Part shown: positions 12,668-22,082 of the stretch, in pieces
Position numbering within the stretch: position 1 is the first letter of the stretch
Layout of the letters: each line of letters opens with the position of its first letter
Assembly: GCA_965116885.1 (NCBI GenBank)
Contig: OZ220741.1
Span: 3,488,001 to 3,552,000, forward strand
Source: Candidatus Latescibacterota bacterium
Lineage (GTDB): Bacteria; Latescibacterota; UBA2968
Reading direction: 5' to 3'
DNA length: 64,000 nucleotides
Position numbers and translations under genes: made by a program
Notes under the pieces: generated by a model
Databases searched by the model: none
What the model saw: only the letters and a program-made list of their open reading frames with translations
Told to the model about the DNA's origin: nothing

Positions 12668-14392
12668 ATGCAGGAAGACGACAGGCGGGAAATGGACGCG
12701 CTTTGGGGCGAAGATGTCATTGCACTGCGCGCTGAAAATGCAGAACGGGGTCAACTCTTTAATGATGGCAATTACGCGATGTTTATCCACTGGGGTCCGT
12801 ATGCTCAACTTGCCAACAAAGTCGATGGCAAAACGTACTACGGCATTGGCGAATGGATCATGAACCCGCGCATGGCCAATATTCCGGTCGAGGAATATAT
12901 GGAAATGGCGAAAACCTTTAATCCCGTCAATTTTGATGCAACAGAAATAGCACAACTGGCCAAAGACGCGGGGATGAAATACATCATTATCACCAGCAAG
13001 CACCACGATGGGTTTGCCATGTATCGCTCAGCCTGCAACGACTTTAACATTGGTGCTGTTACCCAATTTAATCGCGATCCCATGAAAGAACTCGCGGGGG
13101 CCTGCGAAAAACTCGGTCTCGGATTTGGTTTCTACTACTCTCACAATCAGGACTGGACTTTTCCAGGTGGTGCAAACGGTCCAGGCACAGATGCCGATGG
13201 CAACCCGGCTACCTTCGACGATTATTTTGTCAAAAAATGCCTGCCACAGGTCGAAGAAATCACCAGCCAGTACGGCCCTATAGAACTCATCTGGTTTGAC
13301 ACACCCGGACAAATGCCCAAAAAGTACATTGAGCAACTCATCGAAGTCGTGCGAAAAAATCAACCCAATGCACTCGTTTCGGGCCGCGCCGGGCACGGGC
13401 TGGGCGACTACAAGACGCTGGGGGATATGGATGTGCCAACCACCAATGTTGAAGGTATGTGGGAGAGCGTCGATACCACCAACGACTCCTGGGCTTTTGC
13501 CTGGTACGATGAATACTGGAAAACACCCGGAGAAATTCTTCGTCGCCTGATTTCCTGTGTTGCCAGAGGTGGCACTTACATGCTCAACATAGGTCCCCGC
13601 GGTGACGGTTCAATACCCGAAAGAGCAGCCCGCACTTTACGTGCTGCTGGCGAGTGGATCAAGCGCTATCCCCAGGTCGTCTATGGTACCGATGCATCAC
13701 CCTGGCAACATGCCCTGCCCTGGGGAGATGTGACGGTAAAAGACAACACGCTCTTTCTCAGCATTTTCAACTGGCCTGCCTCTGGCACGCTTTATCTGCC
13801 AGGCCTCAAAACAGAAATCGAATCTGCATCCCTCCTCGATGGCGATCAATCTATACCTTTTGAGAAAAAACACGGCTGGACCTGCTTTGAGCTATCGCCG
13901 CAGGCACCCGAAAATCTGGTTTCAGTCCTTGAAGTCAAACTCAAAGGTCCGCCGAAAGCTGATTCGACCTGGGCAATTGATCCCGAAATAGAGACCGAAA
14001 TTTTTTCAGAAGCTGCGGCCGTTGAAAATGCCACATTGGAAAATCAACGCTGGATGGAAAAATTTGGAGAATGGAAACACGTCAGCCGTGTCCATAAATG
14101 GACGCCTGAAGGCAAAGCGACCTGGACGGTCAACGTTCTTGCGCCTGGAGACTACATCGTAGATCTCACTTATTCAGGTGAAGGGCGTCTCGTCTGGGGG
14201 GTTGCTATTGAAAATGGTGAACACATTCAAAATCAGCAAAATTCGTCGCATAACTACCAGCGTTTTCCCATCGGCTGGATTAACTTTTCCGGGCCGGGTA
14301 CTTACAGAATCAGCGTTTCCTGTCTCGAAGGCGATTTGAGCGAAGCCAGTCTAAAATCGATTCACTTCACGCCTGTTCACGATATTCTCTAA
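12668..14392 (+). CDS. Alpha-L-fucosidase (GH29) with C-terminal beta domain
   Basis: MFIHWG, KHHDGF, IWFDTP, LNIGP.GDG. Start at 12668 or 12692. Confidence 0.92.
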   Translation: MQEDDRREMDALWGEDVIALRAENAERGQLFNDGNYAMFIHWGPYAQLANKVDGKTYYGIGEWIMNPRMANIPVEEYMEMAKTFNPVNFDATEIAQLAKDAGMKYIIITSKHHDGFAMYRSACNDFNIGAVTQFNRDPMKELAGACEKLGLGFGFYYSHNQDWTFPGGANGPGTDADGNPATFDDYFVKKCLPQVEEITSQYGPIELIWFDTPGQMPKKYIEQLIEVVRKNQPNALVSGRAGHGLGDYKTLGDMDVPTTNVEGMWESVDTTNDSWAFAWYDEYWKTPGEILRRLISCVARGGTYMLNIGPRGDGSIPERAARTLRAAGEWIKRYPQVVYGTDASPWQHALPWGDVTVKDNTLFLSIFNWPASGTLYLPGLKTEIESASLLDGDQSIPFEKKHGWTCFELSPQAPENLVSVLEVKLKGPPKADSTWAIDPEIETEIFSEAAAVENATLENQRWMEKFGEWKHVSRVHKWTPEGKATWTVNVLAPGDYIVDLTYSGEGRLVWGVAIENGEHIQNQQNSSHNYQRFPIGWINFSGPGTYRISVSCLEGDLSEASLKSIHFTPVHDIL

Positions 14393-14412
14393 ATCCATTA
14401 CAGGAGATACAG

Positions 14413-15876
14413 ATGACACAGGACTTCACAGAACAAAACAGATCTTTAACGCTCGGCAAAGGTGTCAATACCGATTTTACTGCGACCGAAGTAAATAAAG
14501 TCTCCTATGATAAAGGTTTTTATATTGCGTTCAAAGAAGCCGGATTTGATTCCGTCCGTTTCTTTATTAAACAAGGCTGGAATCCGGAGTTCTATAAACC
14601 GGTAGTTGACGATGCGTTGAAACTCGGCTTAAAAGTCGTCGTTGTTCCTTTTTCAATGTATTGTTGGGGAAAAGAAAGCCTTGTACAGTGGTGGGGTGAA
14701 GTTGCGGACTATTATAGAGACTATCCTGCTGAGTTGATTTTTGAAGCGTTTAACGAACCCAAAATGGCAGGCCACCCCGATGGAAAAGAAGCTGAAACCA
14801 TGGCATGGTATTCAGCGTGTATCCAGGAAATTCGCCGGTCAAATCCAACGAGGTTGATAGCAGTCGGAGGGCCGCATTTTAATGGCGTGCAGTTGCTCGC
14901 GAAATATGTAACACCGGAGTATCTTTCATATACGCTCCAGGATGGAACCGGTTTTGCCGATGACCCCAATATTTGGGGCGTTTTTCATTGTTATCACCCC
15001 AAACCTTTTACTCACGGTGCAATAGATCAGGATATCAACAAAGATCATCCAGGCTGGCGAGAAACCATCCTTGCAGATTTGGAGGAAGCAGACGCGTGGT
15101 CAAAAAAACACAACAAAAAGGTCTATCTCAGTGAATGGGGCGCACGTCTTAATCACAAAATAAAGCATGTGGAAGAATACACGGGCTTTATGGTACCTGA
15201 GCTTGCCAAAAAAAATATTGAGTGGTCGTACTACTGTGGTGTATTCAATAACGCCTGGCCCTACGGACTGTATAATTCAGAATGGGGATTTGCAGGTGTT
15301 GAAGGTGTGATAAAAAACCTGACCGGAAAAGAACCGCCAGCAGAAGTCCCGCCTACCAATCAGATCGTCAATACGGACTTTCAGCTCGATTTGGCAGACT
15401 GGAATTCATCCGAATATGCCATTATGGGGACTGCTGACGGACAAGGTGTAGATGGAACACGGGCCATCAGAGTGCACGTGCCTTTTACGTTTGACCCCGA
15501 CTTGGGGCGCGGGGTGATACCGTCGCTCTATCAGCAATACGAGCCGGACTGGAAGTTTCGCGTAAGGGGAAAGGTACAGGCAAATAAGTACACTATCCAA
15601 CTCCGGGAAAGCAGCATATACCGGATCTCGTTTTACGCGAGATGCGAAGTCGGTACTGCGCGGTTGCACATTCAGCTCGGTCACGCTCCCGAAAATGACC
15701 CCGTCATCTGGACCTCTGAAGAAATAACTGTAGATAGCAAACTGAAAAAATACGAACTCGAGTACGAACATGCCGTCCAATCGGTCAGAAACGTCCGCTT
15801 CTCTTTTATCTTCATTGACCGTCATTCAGAGATCGTTCTCGACCAGATTGAACTGCGCGGCCGAAGACCTGCATAA
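14413..15876 (+). CDS. GH5-type glycoside hydrolase with C-terminal CBM4/9-like domain
   Basis: GFDSVR, FNEP (acid/base), HCY, SEWG (nucleophile). C-terminal NQIVNTDF...YRISFYAR. Confidence 0.8.
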   Translation: MTQDFTEQNRSLTLGKGVNTDFTATEVNKVSYDKGFYIAFKEAGFDSVRFFIKQGWNPEFYKPVVDDALKLGLKVVVVPFSMYCWGKESLVQWWGEVADYYRDYPAELIFEAFNEPKMAGHPDGKEAETMAWYSACIQEIRRSNPTRLIAVGGPHFNGVQLLAKYVTPEYLSYTLQDGTGFADDPNIWGVFHCYHPKPFTHGAIDQDINKDHPGWRETILADLEEADAWSKKHNKKVYLSEWGARLNHKIKHVEEYTGFMVPELAKKNIEWSYYCGVFNNAWPYGLYNSEWGFAGVEGVIKNLTGKEPPAEVPPTNQIVNTDFQLDLADWNSSEYAIMGTADGQGVDGTRAIRVHVPFTFDPDLGRGVIPSLYQQYEPDWKFRVRGKVQANKYTIQLRESSIYRISFYARCEVGTARLHIQLGHAPENDPVIWTSEEITVDSKLKKYELEYEHAVQSVRNVRFSFIFIDRHSEIVLDQIELRGRRPA

Positions 15877-15894
15877 GCAGAGGAGGCGGTTTTT

Positions 15895-17322
15895 ATGTCA
15901 ACTTTAGAAAAAACCAATATCGTTTTTATTCTCGCCGATGACATGGCTGTTTGGGCGGCGGGTTGTTATGGCAATGCAGAAATTCGAACGCCAAACCTCG
16001 ACCGCATGGCGGCAACAGGCGTGCGGTTTGAGAATTTCTTTGTGACGATTCCGGTGTGTTCGGCCAGCCGGGCTTCTTTTTTGACTGGGCGGATTCCGTC
16101 TCAGCACGGCGTTCACGATTTTATTGCGGGTCAGGTCAATTTTGGGACTACAGGACAGAGTTTTCTCGACAATGAAGTTTGTTACACAAATATTTTGGCT
16201 GACAATGGGTGGGCCTGTGGTCTGTCGGGCAAATGGCATTTGGGCAATTCGTCTCTTCCGCAATGTGGATTTTCTCACTGGTTTGCGCATCCGGGTGGGG
16301 CGGGCGTTTATAATGATCAGGAAATGATACGCGATGGTGTGACAGAGGTTGTGCCCGGTTATGTGACGCATGTGATTACGGATGATGCGCTTGAATATAT
16401 CGATGTTCACGCAGAAGATGAAAATCCATTTTATCTGAGTGTTCATTATACTGCGCCACACGCGCCGTGGATCGGTCATCCTCAGGATATTGTGGATTCT
16501 TATGATGACTGTGCGTTTGAGACCTGCCCCCAGGAACCACTCCATCCCTGGGCAAAGGTGCCTGAGGATGATGCAGATCTGCCAGCCCGGTCAATGAGAG
16601 GGCTGAGCAATAATCTGGGGCAGCGCGAAAGTTTGAAGGGATATTTTGCGGCGGTGACTGCGATGGATCTGGATGTGGGACGGATTTTGGACAAGCTGGA
16701 AGAAAAGGGTTTGCGCGAAAATACGCTTGTGGTGTTTACTTCTGACAATGGGTATTCGTGCGGACAACATGGGTTTTGGGGTAAAGGCAATGGAACTGAT
16801 CCGGTGAATATGTATGAGAATTCGATTGTGGTGCCTTTTTTGGCTACGCACCCGGGTGTGATTCCAGAAGGCACGGTGCAATCGGCGATGGCTTCGGCTT
16901 ATGATATTTTGCCCACGCTTTTGGACTATGTTGATCTTCCGCTTCCCGAGACGAATTTGCCAGGACAATCGCTGGTTCCAGTGTTGAAAAATGAGTGTGC
17001 AAAAGGTCATGACAGTGTTGTCATTTACGATGAATATGGTTATTGCAGGATGATTCGGACCGCCGAGTGGAAATACATCCATCGTTATCCAGATGGACCA
17101 AATGAGCTTTACGATGTTGTGAATGACCCCGATGATCGCAACAATTTAATTGATGACCCGGCACAGGCGGATCGCGGGAAAGATCTCAAAGGAGCGATGG
17201 AAACGTGGTTTGAGAAATACGCGATTCCAGACGTCGATGGCCGCATATACAATGTGAAGGGTTCTGGTCAGTTGCGGCCTGTGGGTAGAAAATGGGAAGA
17301 TGGAAAAGAACCTTTTGCATAG
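15895..17322 (+). CDS. Sulfatase (Cys-type)
   Basis: NIVFILADD, CSASR, GKWHLG, SDNG. Confidence 0.93.
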   Translation: MSTLEKTNIVFILADDMAVWAAGCYGNAEIRTPNLDRMAATGVRFENFFVTIPVCSASRASFLTGRIPSQHGVHDFIAGQVNFGTTGQSFLDNEVCYTNILADNGWACGLSGKWHLGNSSLPQCGFSHWFAHPGGAGVYNDQEMIRDGVTEVVPGYVTHVITDDALEYIDVHAEDENPFYLSVHYTAPHAPWIGHPQDIVDSYDDCAFETCPQEPLHPWAKVPEDDADLPARSMRGLSNNLGQRESLKGYFAAVTAMDLDVGRILDKLEEKGLRENTLVVFTSDNGYSCGQHGFWGKGNGTDPVNMYENSIVVPFLATHPGVIPEGTVQSAMASAYDILPTLLDYVDLPLPETNLPGQSLVPVLKNECAKGHDSVVIYDEYGYCRMIRTAEWKYIHRYPDGPNELYDVVNDPDDRNNLIDDPAQADRGKDLKGAMETWFEKYAIPDVDGRIYNVKGSGQLRPVGRKWEDGKEPFA

Positions 17323-17347
17323 GCTGTAATCAGGATACCAGTGAGAA

Positions 17348-18574
17348 ATGAGTGAGATTGCGTTCAGGCGAGCGATGGTGGGGGATGTGGAGGCGGTCCT
17401 TCGCGTAATGGGGCAGGCGTTTGGGAGGGCGCCGGGATCGGAGAAGTACGAGCGCGACAAGGAGAGAATTGCGAGGGAGACTGACGCGCATTGGGTGCTT
17501 GTGCGAGAGGGGGAGATCGTCGGGGCGGCGCATGTTCGGCGGGAGGAGATTCAGGTGGGGCAGGCGGTCGTGGCCAAGGCGGATGTGGGGGAGGTGTGTA
17601 TCGCGCCGAGTTGTCAGGGGGAGGGGCACGGGACGGCGTTGATGAAGATGGTGGTGGGGCAGTTGAGGGCGGATGGGTATCCCCTGTCGCGGTTGGGGGG
17701 GTATCGGCGGTTCTACGAGCGGTTCGGGTGGGTGCCGTTTCCGCGGGGCTATATCGACTTCGCGCTGCGGGGGTTGACGTCGCGGGGCGGGTTCACCGAT
17801 CCGGTGAGCTATCTGGATCGGCCAGAGGAGGATGCGCGGATCCGGGCGTACGACGGACGTCGGGATGCGGCGGCGTGCGAGGCGCTTTACGCGGCGTTTA
17901 ATGCGGGGCGGACAGGGGCTGAGCCAGCGCGGTCATTTGGGGAAGGCGCAGGGAATCCGTGGCGGGTAGTGTACGAGGTGGGCGGCGCGGTCCGGGCCTA
18001 TGTTTTTGCGTCACAGAACGCGCCGCCTTATACGCGGTTTTCGTCGGCGGTGTCGATCTCCGACGGGGCGTGCGATCCGGGTGATACGCGACCGCTTGGC
18101 GCAACGCTGCGATACGTTCTGCGTCAGGCGGCGATCGCGGGGGCGGAATCGGTCAGGGCGCGGCTGCCGCTGGATCCGTCGCTCTACGATCTGTATCGGG
18201 ATTCGAGCTGCGGGTTCGTGCCTTCGCTCTGGCAGTCGTCGGAAGGCGGGAACATGCTGCAGGTGCTGAGTCTGAGGGGGCTGCTTGAGGCGATTGCGCC
18301 GGAACTGACGGCGCGGCTGCGGACGGCGGAACAGGCGACGGGCGAGGTCGGTCTTCGCGTGCGGGGGGAGACGGTTGGATTGGCGTGGGATGGGGAACGG
18401 TTGACGGTGGGAGAAGGAAAAGGGGATTGGGTGGCGCTCGGGCAGGATGGGATGATGAAGATGGTGCTGGGGTTGGTGCCGGTGGAGCAGGTCGTGGTAG
18501 GAGAGCGGGAGGATGTGGCTATGCTGAGGGCGGCGTTTCCGGTGCAGGGGACGGCGACGGGGGTTTGGGGGTGA
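17348..18574 (+). CDS. GNAT acetyltransferase, Eis-like
   Basis: VCIAPSCQGEGHGTALM, FYERFGW, second GNAT-like half and SCP2-like tail. Very G-rich coding strand. Confidence 0.82.
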   Translation: MSEIAFRRAMVGDVEAVLRVMGQAFGRAPGSEKYERDKERIARETDAHWVLVREGEIVGAAHVRREEIQVGQAVVAKADVGEVCIAPSCQGEGHGTALMKMVVGQLRADGYPLSRLGGYRRFYERFGWVPFPRGYIDFALRGLTSRGGFTDPVSYLDRPEEDARIRAYDGRRDAAACEALYAAFNAGRTGAEPARSFGEGAGNPWRVVYEVGGAVRAYVFASQNAPPYTRFSSAVSISDGACDPGDTRPLGATLRYVLRQAAIAGAESVRARLPLDPSLYDLYRDSSCGFVPSLWQSSEGGNMLQVLSLRGLLEAIAPELTARLRTAEQATGEVGLRVRGETVGLAWDGERLTVGEGKGDWVALGQDGMMKMVLGLVPVEQVVVGEREDVAMLRAAFPVQGTATGVWG

Positions 18575-18629
18575 ATCCGATACAGGGAAAGCGCCCCAGA
18601 TACACAACATCACCAAATGGGAGATCATC

Positions 18630-19502
18630 GTGTCATCAAATATCCACTTTGCTATGGGCGGCGCCATTTTCGGAGCCTTTACTACTGAATCCGTGGGACT
18701 GATTGCTAAGCACGGTCTGCCGGGCGTCGAACCTTACCGCAGTGGCCTGATCGCCTGGCTCGACGATCCGCAAGCGCTGAAGGCCCTCCTCGACGAGCGC
18801 GGTATTCGGCTCATTACCGCTTCGAACGGCGGGCCTGGTCAGTCGGTGGAATTTATCAATCGGTCAAAGCGTCGTGAAACAATCGCCGATCACGTCGCTT
18901 TCTGCCGCGATTTCCTGAAGGTCTTCGGCTGTACGCACTTCAAGATCAACATGGGGAGCCGCCCGCAGAATGGAACAACTGCGGATGATATCAAAGCGAT
19001 CTCGGAGACTGTGTCCGAACTCGGCAAGCGAACGCTTGAGATGGGTGTGACGATCGCGCCCCACCCGCATATCTGGGGGCCGATCGAGCGGCCAGAGGAA
19101 GTTCGCGCCCTTCTCGATCAGACCGACCCAGATGTCGTATCCTGGATTCCCGATACCGCACAGCTCAACCTCGGAGGAGGCGACCCCGTTCAGCTCATCG
19201 ATGATTATTACGACCGACTGGCTGCCGTCCACTGGAAGGATTCGAAGGCGTCCTATCGCGGTTATACTGGCCCGACACCGACGAAGGAGATGCACGCGGA
19301 GGAAATTCTGTACAAAGATCTGGGATCCGGCGGCGTCGATCACCCTGCGATTTGGGCCATGCTGAATGAGCGAGGCTACGACGGATGGATCACGCTTGAT
19401 CTCGATCCCCCGCGTCCAAACGAAGGCGAAGGTTCAGTTGACGACAAAATTGAGATTAACTGCAAGTATCTGACAGAGACATTGAAAGTTTCCCACCTTT
19501 AG
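18630..19502 (+). CDS. Sugar phosphate isomerase/epimerase (IolE-like TIM barrel)
   Basis: HPH.WGPIE, PDTAQ..LGG.DP, VHWKD, LG.G.VD, YDGWI. Confidence 0.85.
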   Translation: MSSNIHFAMGGAIFGAFTTESVGLIAKHGLPGVEPYRSGLIAWLDDPQALKALLDERGIRLITASNGGPGQSVEFINRSKRRETIADHVAFCRDFLKVFGCTHFKINMGSRPQNGTTADDIKAISETVSELGKRTLEMGVTIAPHPHIWGPIERPEEVRALLDQTDPDVVSWIPDTAQLNLGGGDPVQLIDDYYDRLAAVHWKDSKASYRGYTGPTPTKEMHAEEILYKDLGSGGVDHPAIWAMLNERGYDGWITLDLDPPRPNEGEGSVDDKIEINCKYLTETLKVSHL

Positions 19503-19619
19503 CGTGTCAATCCCGGTATTTGGCTTGTTTTGTTATCCCTTTTATCCTTACCTGAAAAGCCCGTAAAGCCCAACAGCTTCAGCGTTGGGATATAAGGGCT
19601 TAGAATTTATGGGGTGGCT

Positions 19620-19730
19620 TTAGCATGTGGGTACAATCCTCAAGGGATTGTGGGCGGTGGAGCGGTGTACAAGTGCGCCAGCACTTCATCGACTAAAATC
19701 ATCCGTTCACTGACCACATAAAACTTGCAT
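19620..19730 (-). pseudogene. Possible heavily deleted tnpA (Y1 transposase) relic
   Basis: Minus-frame CKFYVVSERMILVDEVLAHLYTAPPPTIP resembles two TnpA segments (R..LV.EV and HL....PP). Position divergent from tnpB as in IS605. Confidence 0.4.
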
Positions 19731-19753
19731 AAGATACTGTTTTTGTGTATATT
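19725..19753 (+). promoter_or_regulatory. Sigma-70-type promoter for tnpB
   Basis: TTGCAT-17 nt-TATATT, then 6 nt to ATG 19760. Confidence 0.55.
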
Positions 19754-19759
19754 TACACT

Positions 19760-20866
19760 ATGGTATACTTAACATACAAATACAAAATGTATAGCCTCTG
19801 TGACCGCAACAAGTATATCCATAGGGATATAGACGCCTTTGCTCATGTGTATAATCATTTCATTGCCTTGCACAAGCGATACTATCGACGATATAACAAG
19901 CATGCGAACAAGTATGTACTGATGAAGCACCTCAAAAAACTGAAAGACACAACGCGCTTTGCACATTGGCGTTTGTTGCCGAGTCAGGCATTGCAAAATG
20001 TGATTGAGCGTATAGACTTTGGCTATCAGAAATTCTTTGCCAGAGATAATAAGCGTCCACCCACATTCAGGTCTCGCTTTCGGTATCAGTCCTATACGCT
20101 GAAACAGGCTGGATACAAATTCCTTGAGGGTAACAAGGTGCGTATTGGCAAGCGTATATTCAGATACCATAAGAGCAGAAAGTTCGATGTAGAACGTATC
20201 AAGACGGTCACAATCAAACGTGACCGCGTAGGCGATTTGTGGCTCTGTGTTGTTGCAAAGGCTGAGGGTATCAAGTCATTCATGATCAAGAACGGTAAAA
20301 CCGCAGGTTTTGACTTTGGCTTGAAAACATATCTAACAGCCTCAGACAGCACAAGGACACAATCGCCATTGTTCTTCAATCGCAATTCGAGGAAAGTCAA
20401 AAAGGCTAATCGCAATCTTTCTCGTAAAAAGAAAGGGAGCAACAATCGTCACAAGGCAAGATTGAATCTTTCCAGAGTGCATAGGCGCGTTGCTAATCAG
20501 CGCAGAGACTATCATTGGCGACTTGCCCATCAACTGTGTAAAGACTATGACGTAATGTATTTTGAAATGCTGAATATCGACGCCATGAAAGCGTTGTGGG
20601 GCAGAAAGATTAGCGATTTGGGCTTCTCGGACTTTTTGAACATTCTCAAGTATGTTGCCAAAAAGACGGGCAAGGTTGTCAAACAAATCGACAAATGGCT
20701 GCCCACGTCAAAGACATGCTCTGCTTGTGGCACAGTCAAAGAGGACCTCGAATTGCGAGAGAGAACATTCCATTGTTGCGAGTGTGGTCTTGAGATAGAC
20801 AGAGACCTGAACGCGGCGATAAACATTCACAGGTGGGGGCGTCCACCTATGGCGGAGGTAGCGTAA
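19760..20866 (+). CDS. tnpB: RNA-guided endonuclease TnpB
   Basis: TYKYK start, SQALQ, RuvC-I GFDFG, RuvC-II YFEML, zinc finger CSACG/CCECG, RuvC-III DRDLNAAINI. All three catalytic residues present. Confidence 0.95.
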   Translation: MVYLTYKYKMYSLCDRNKYIHRDIDAFAHVYNHFIALHKRYYRRYNKHANKYVLMKHLKKLKDTTRFAHWRLLPSQALQNVIERIDFGYQKFFARDNKRPPTFRSRFRYQSYTLKQAGYKFLEGNKVRIGKRIFRYHKSRKFDVERIKTVTIKRDRVGDLWLCVVAKAEGIKSFMIKNGKTAGFDFGLKTYLTASDSTRTQSPLFFNRNSRKVKKANRNLSRKKKGSNNRHKARLNLSRVHRRVANQRRDYHWRLAHQLCKDYDVMYFEMLNIDAMKALWGRKISDLGFSDFLNILKYVAKKTGKVVKQIDKWLPTSKTCSACGTVKEDLELRERTFHCCECGLEIDRDLNAAINIHRWGRPPMAEVA

Positions 20867-20992
20867 GACTTGCCGAACTTCGGGGAAGCAAGCAACTACT
20901 GTTGATCCCACAATCCCTGCTGAAGCAACAAGATTCTACAATCCCAATGCTTTAGATTTGGGAGTACGTCAAATCACATCCAATATCACTTG
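20830..20992 (+). ncRNA. Predicted omegaRNA (reRNA) scaffold plus flank-derived guide ATCACATCCAATATCACTTG
   Basis: Inferred from position between tnpB 3' end and TCAA. Hairpins CTTGC...GCAAG and the right-end stem. 5' boundary approximate. Confidence 0.6.
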
Positions 20993-21241
20993 AGGATTTT
21001 TGTCTGCGATTATCAGTAGTGTCCGGGCTGCACCCGATGGACGACGGCGACCCTGCTCCCAGTCTTGCAACGTGCGAACAGATACACCCATCAATTGGGC
21101 AAACTGAGATTGAGAAAGACCCACTTTCGCTCTCGTTTCGGCAATATCAGGTACTGTGATGATACGACCGTGTTCGCCGCGCTTAATTTCCTGCAAACCA
21201 GATAGAATCTCTTGGCCAATATCTCTATTCCTTTCATTCAT
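20969..21241 (-). CDS. HigA-like HTH_XRE antitoxin
   Basis: RDIGQEILSGL...GLSQSQFAQLMGVSVRTLQDWEQGRR.PSGAA. Confidence 0.92.
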   Translation of the reverse strand: MNERNRDIGQEILSGLQEIKRGEHGRIITVPDIAETRAKVGLSQSQFAQLMGVSVRTLQDWEQGRRRPSGAARTLLIIADKNPQVILDVI

Positions 21242-21548
21242 TTTCGATCTCCTCACGGATTTGTTTGAGAATGTGGGCAGGAATATTGTCGCTCACATTT
21301 TTCGGATAGATCGTCAACATCCAAAATGTCTGTGTCGTCATTTTCACGAAATAGATGACTCTATAGCCACTGCGTTTTCCTCGCCCTTGTGCCCGCCATC
21401 TGATTTTTCGCACACCTCCCGATCCGGAAATCACACTGCCAGCCTCAGGATTTAACAGTAAGGCTTTCTGCAATTCCGCGTATTCTTCGTCGGATAAGTA
21501 TTTCCGTATGAGTTGGGTAAAAAGCTTTGTTTCAATGAAATTGTACAT
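21234..21548 (-). CDS. RelE/HigB-family toxin
   Basis: FIETKLF, NPEAG.VI.GSGGVRKIRW, GKRSGYRVIYF. Upstream of and overlapping the antitoxin. Confidence 0.92.
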   Translation of the reverse strand: MYNFIETKLFTQLIRKYLSDEEYAELQKALLLNPEAGSVISGSGGVRKIRWRAQGRGKRSGYRVIYFVKMTTQTFWMLTIYPKNVSDNIPAHILKQIREEIENE

Positions 21549-21770
21549 ACCCAAAATATACGGCATTGCCGTATAATATCAAAAAAGAAACTTCAAATAT
21601 CGGACTGCGGCCGCAGGTAGGGGCATCAATCAATATCTTGTGTTTTCTTGGTCAATGGATCTTGTGGTGCAGGCAGATATACAGGCCGATGAGTTTGCCT
21701 TGTCGATCCATCCTTTTGCCCCTATTTTCAAGGGTGCTCTTTACTTGAATTTACACCATAATTGGTAACT

Positions 21771-22082
21771 ATGGACCAAACAATCCTGGATAACATCATC
21801 AGTCGTATTGTGGACATAGCAGATCCTGAGCGGATTATTCTCTTTGGGTCTGCCGCCCGAGGCGACATGAACCGCCATAGCGATGTCGATTTGCTCATCG
21901 TCAAGGAGGGCGTGGACCCGCTTGATCTGATGCGGCAGATTCGCCGAAATCTTTATGGGGTAGGCGCTGCCGTTGATGCCATCGTTGTCACGCCTCAGGC
22001 CATCGAGCGCTACAAGGACAGCCACGCGCTGATCATCAAGCCCGCGTTGCAGGAAGGAAAGGTCATCTATGAATCTCCCTGA
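21771..22082 (+). CDS. Minimal nucleotidyltransferase (MNT)
   Basis: IILFGSAARG...SDVDLL. Start ATG 21771 (alternative TTG 21762). Confidence 0.9.
   Translation: MDQTILDNIISRIVDIADPERIILFGSAARGDMNRHSDVDLLIVKEGVDPLDLMRQIRRNLYGVGAAVDAIVVTPQAIERYKDSHALIIKPALQEGKVIYESP

Larger units (their letters stand above)
19552..20972 (+). mobile_element. IS200/IS605-family (IS608-like) element with tnpB and a decayed tnpA
   Basis: Target TTAC 19548..19551. Left end AAAG plus hairpin CCCAACAGCTTCAGCGTTGGG. Right end CAATCCCAATGCTTTAGATTTGGGAGTACGTCAA ending in TCAA at 20972, closely resembling the IS608 ends as I recall them. Confidence 0.88.

Noticed and set aside
19760..20866. TnpB as a domesticated Cas12f-like or nuclease-dead regulator
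   Set aside because: Catalytic residues and both transposon ends are present, and there is no adjacent CRISPR array.
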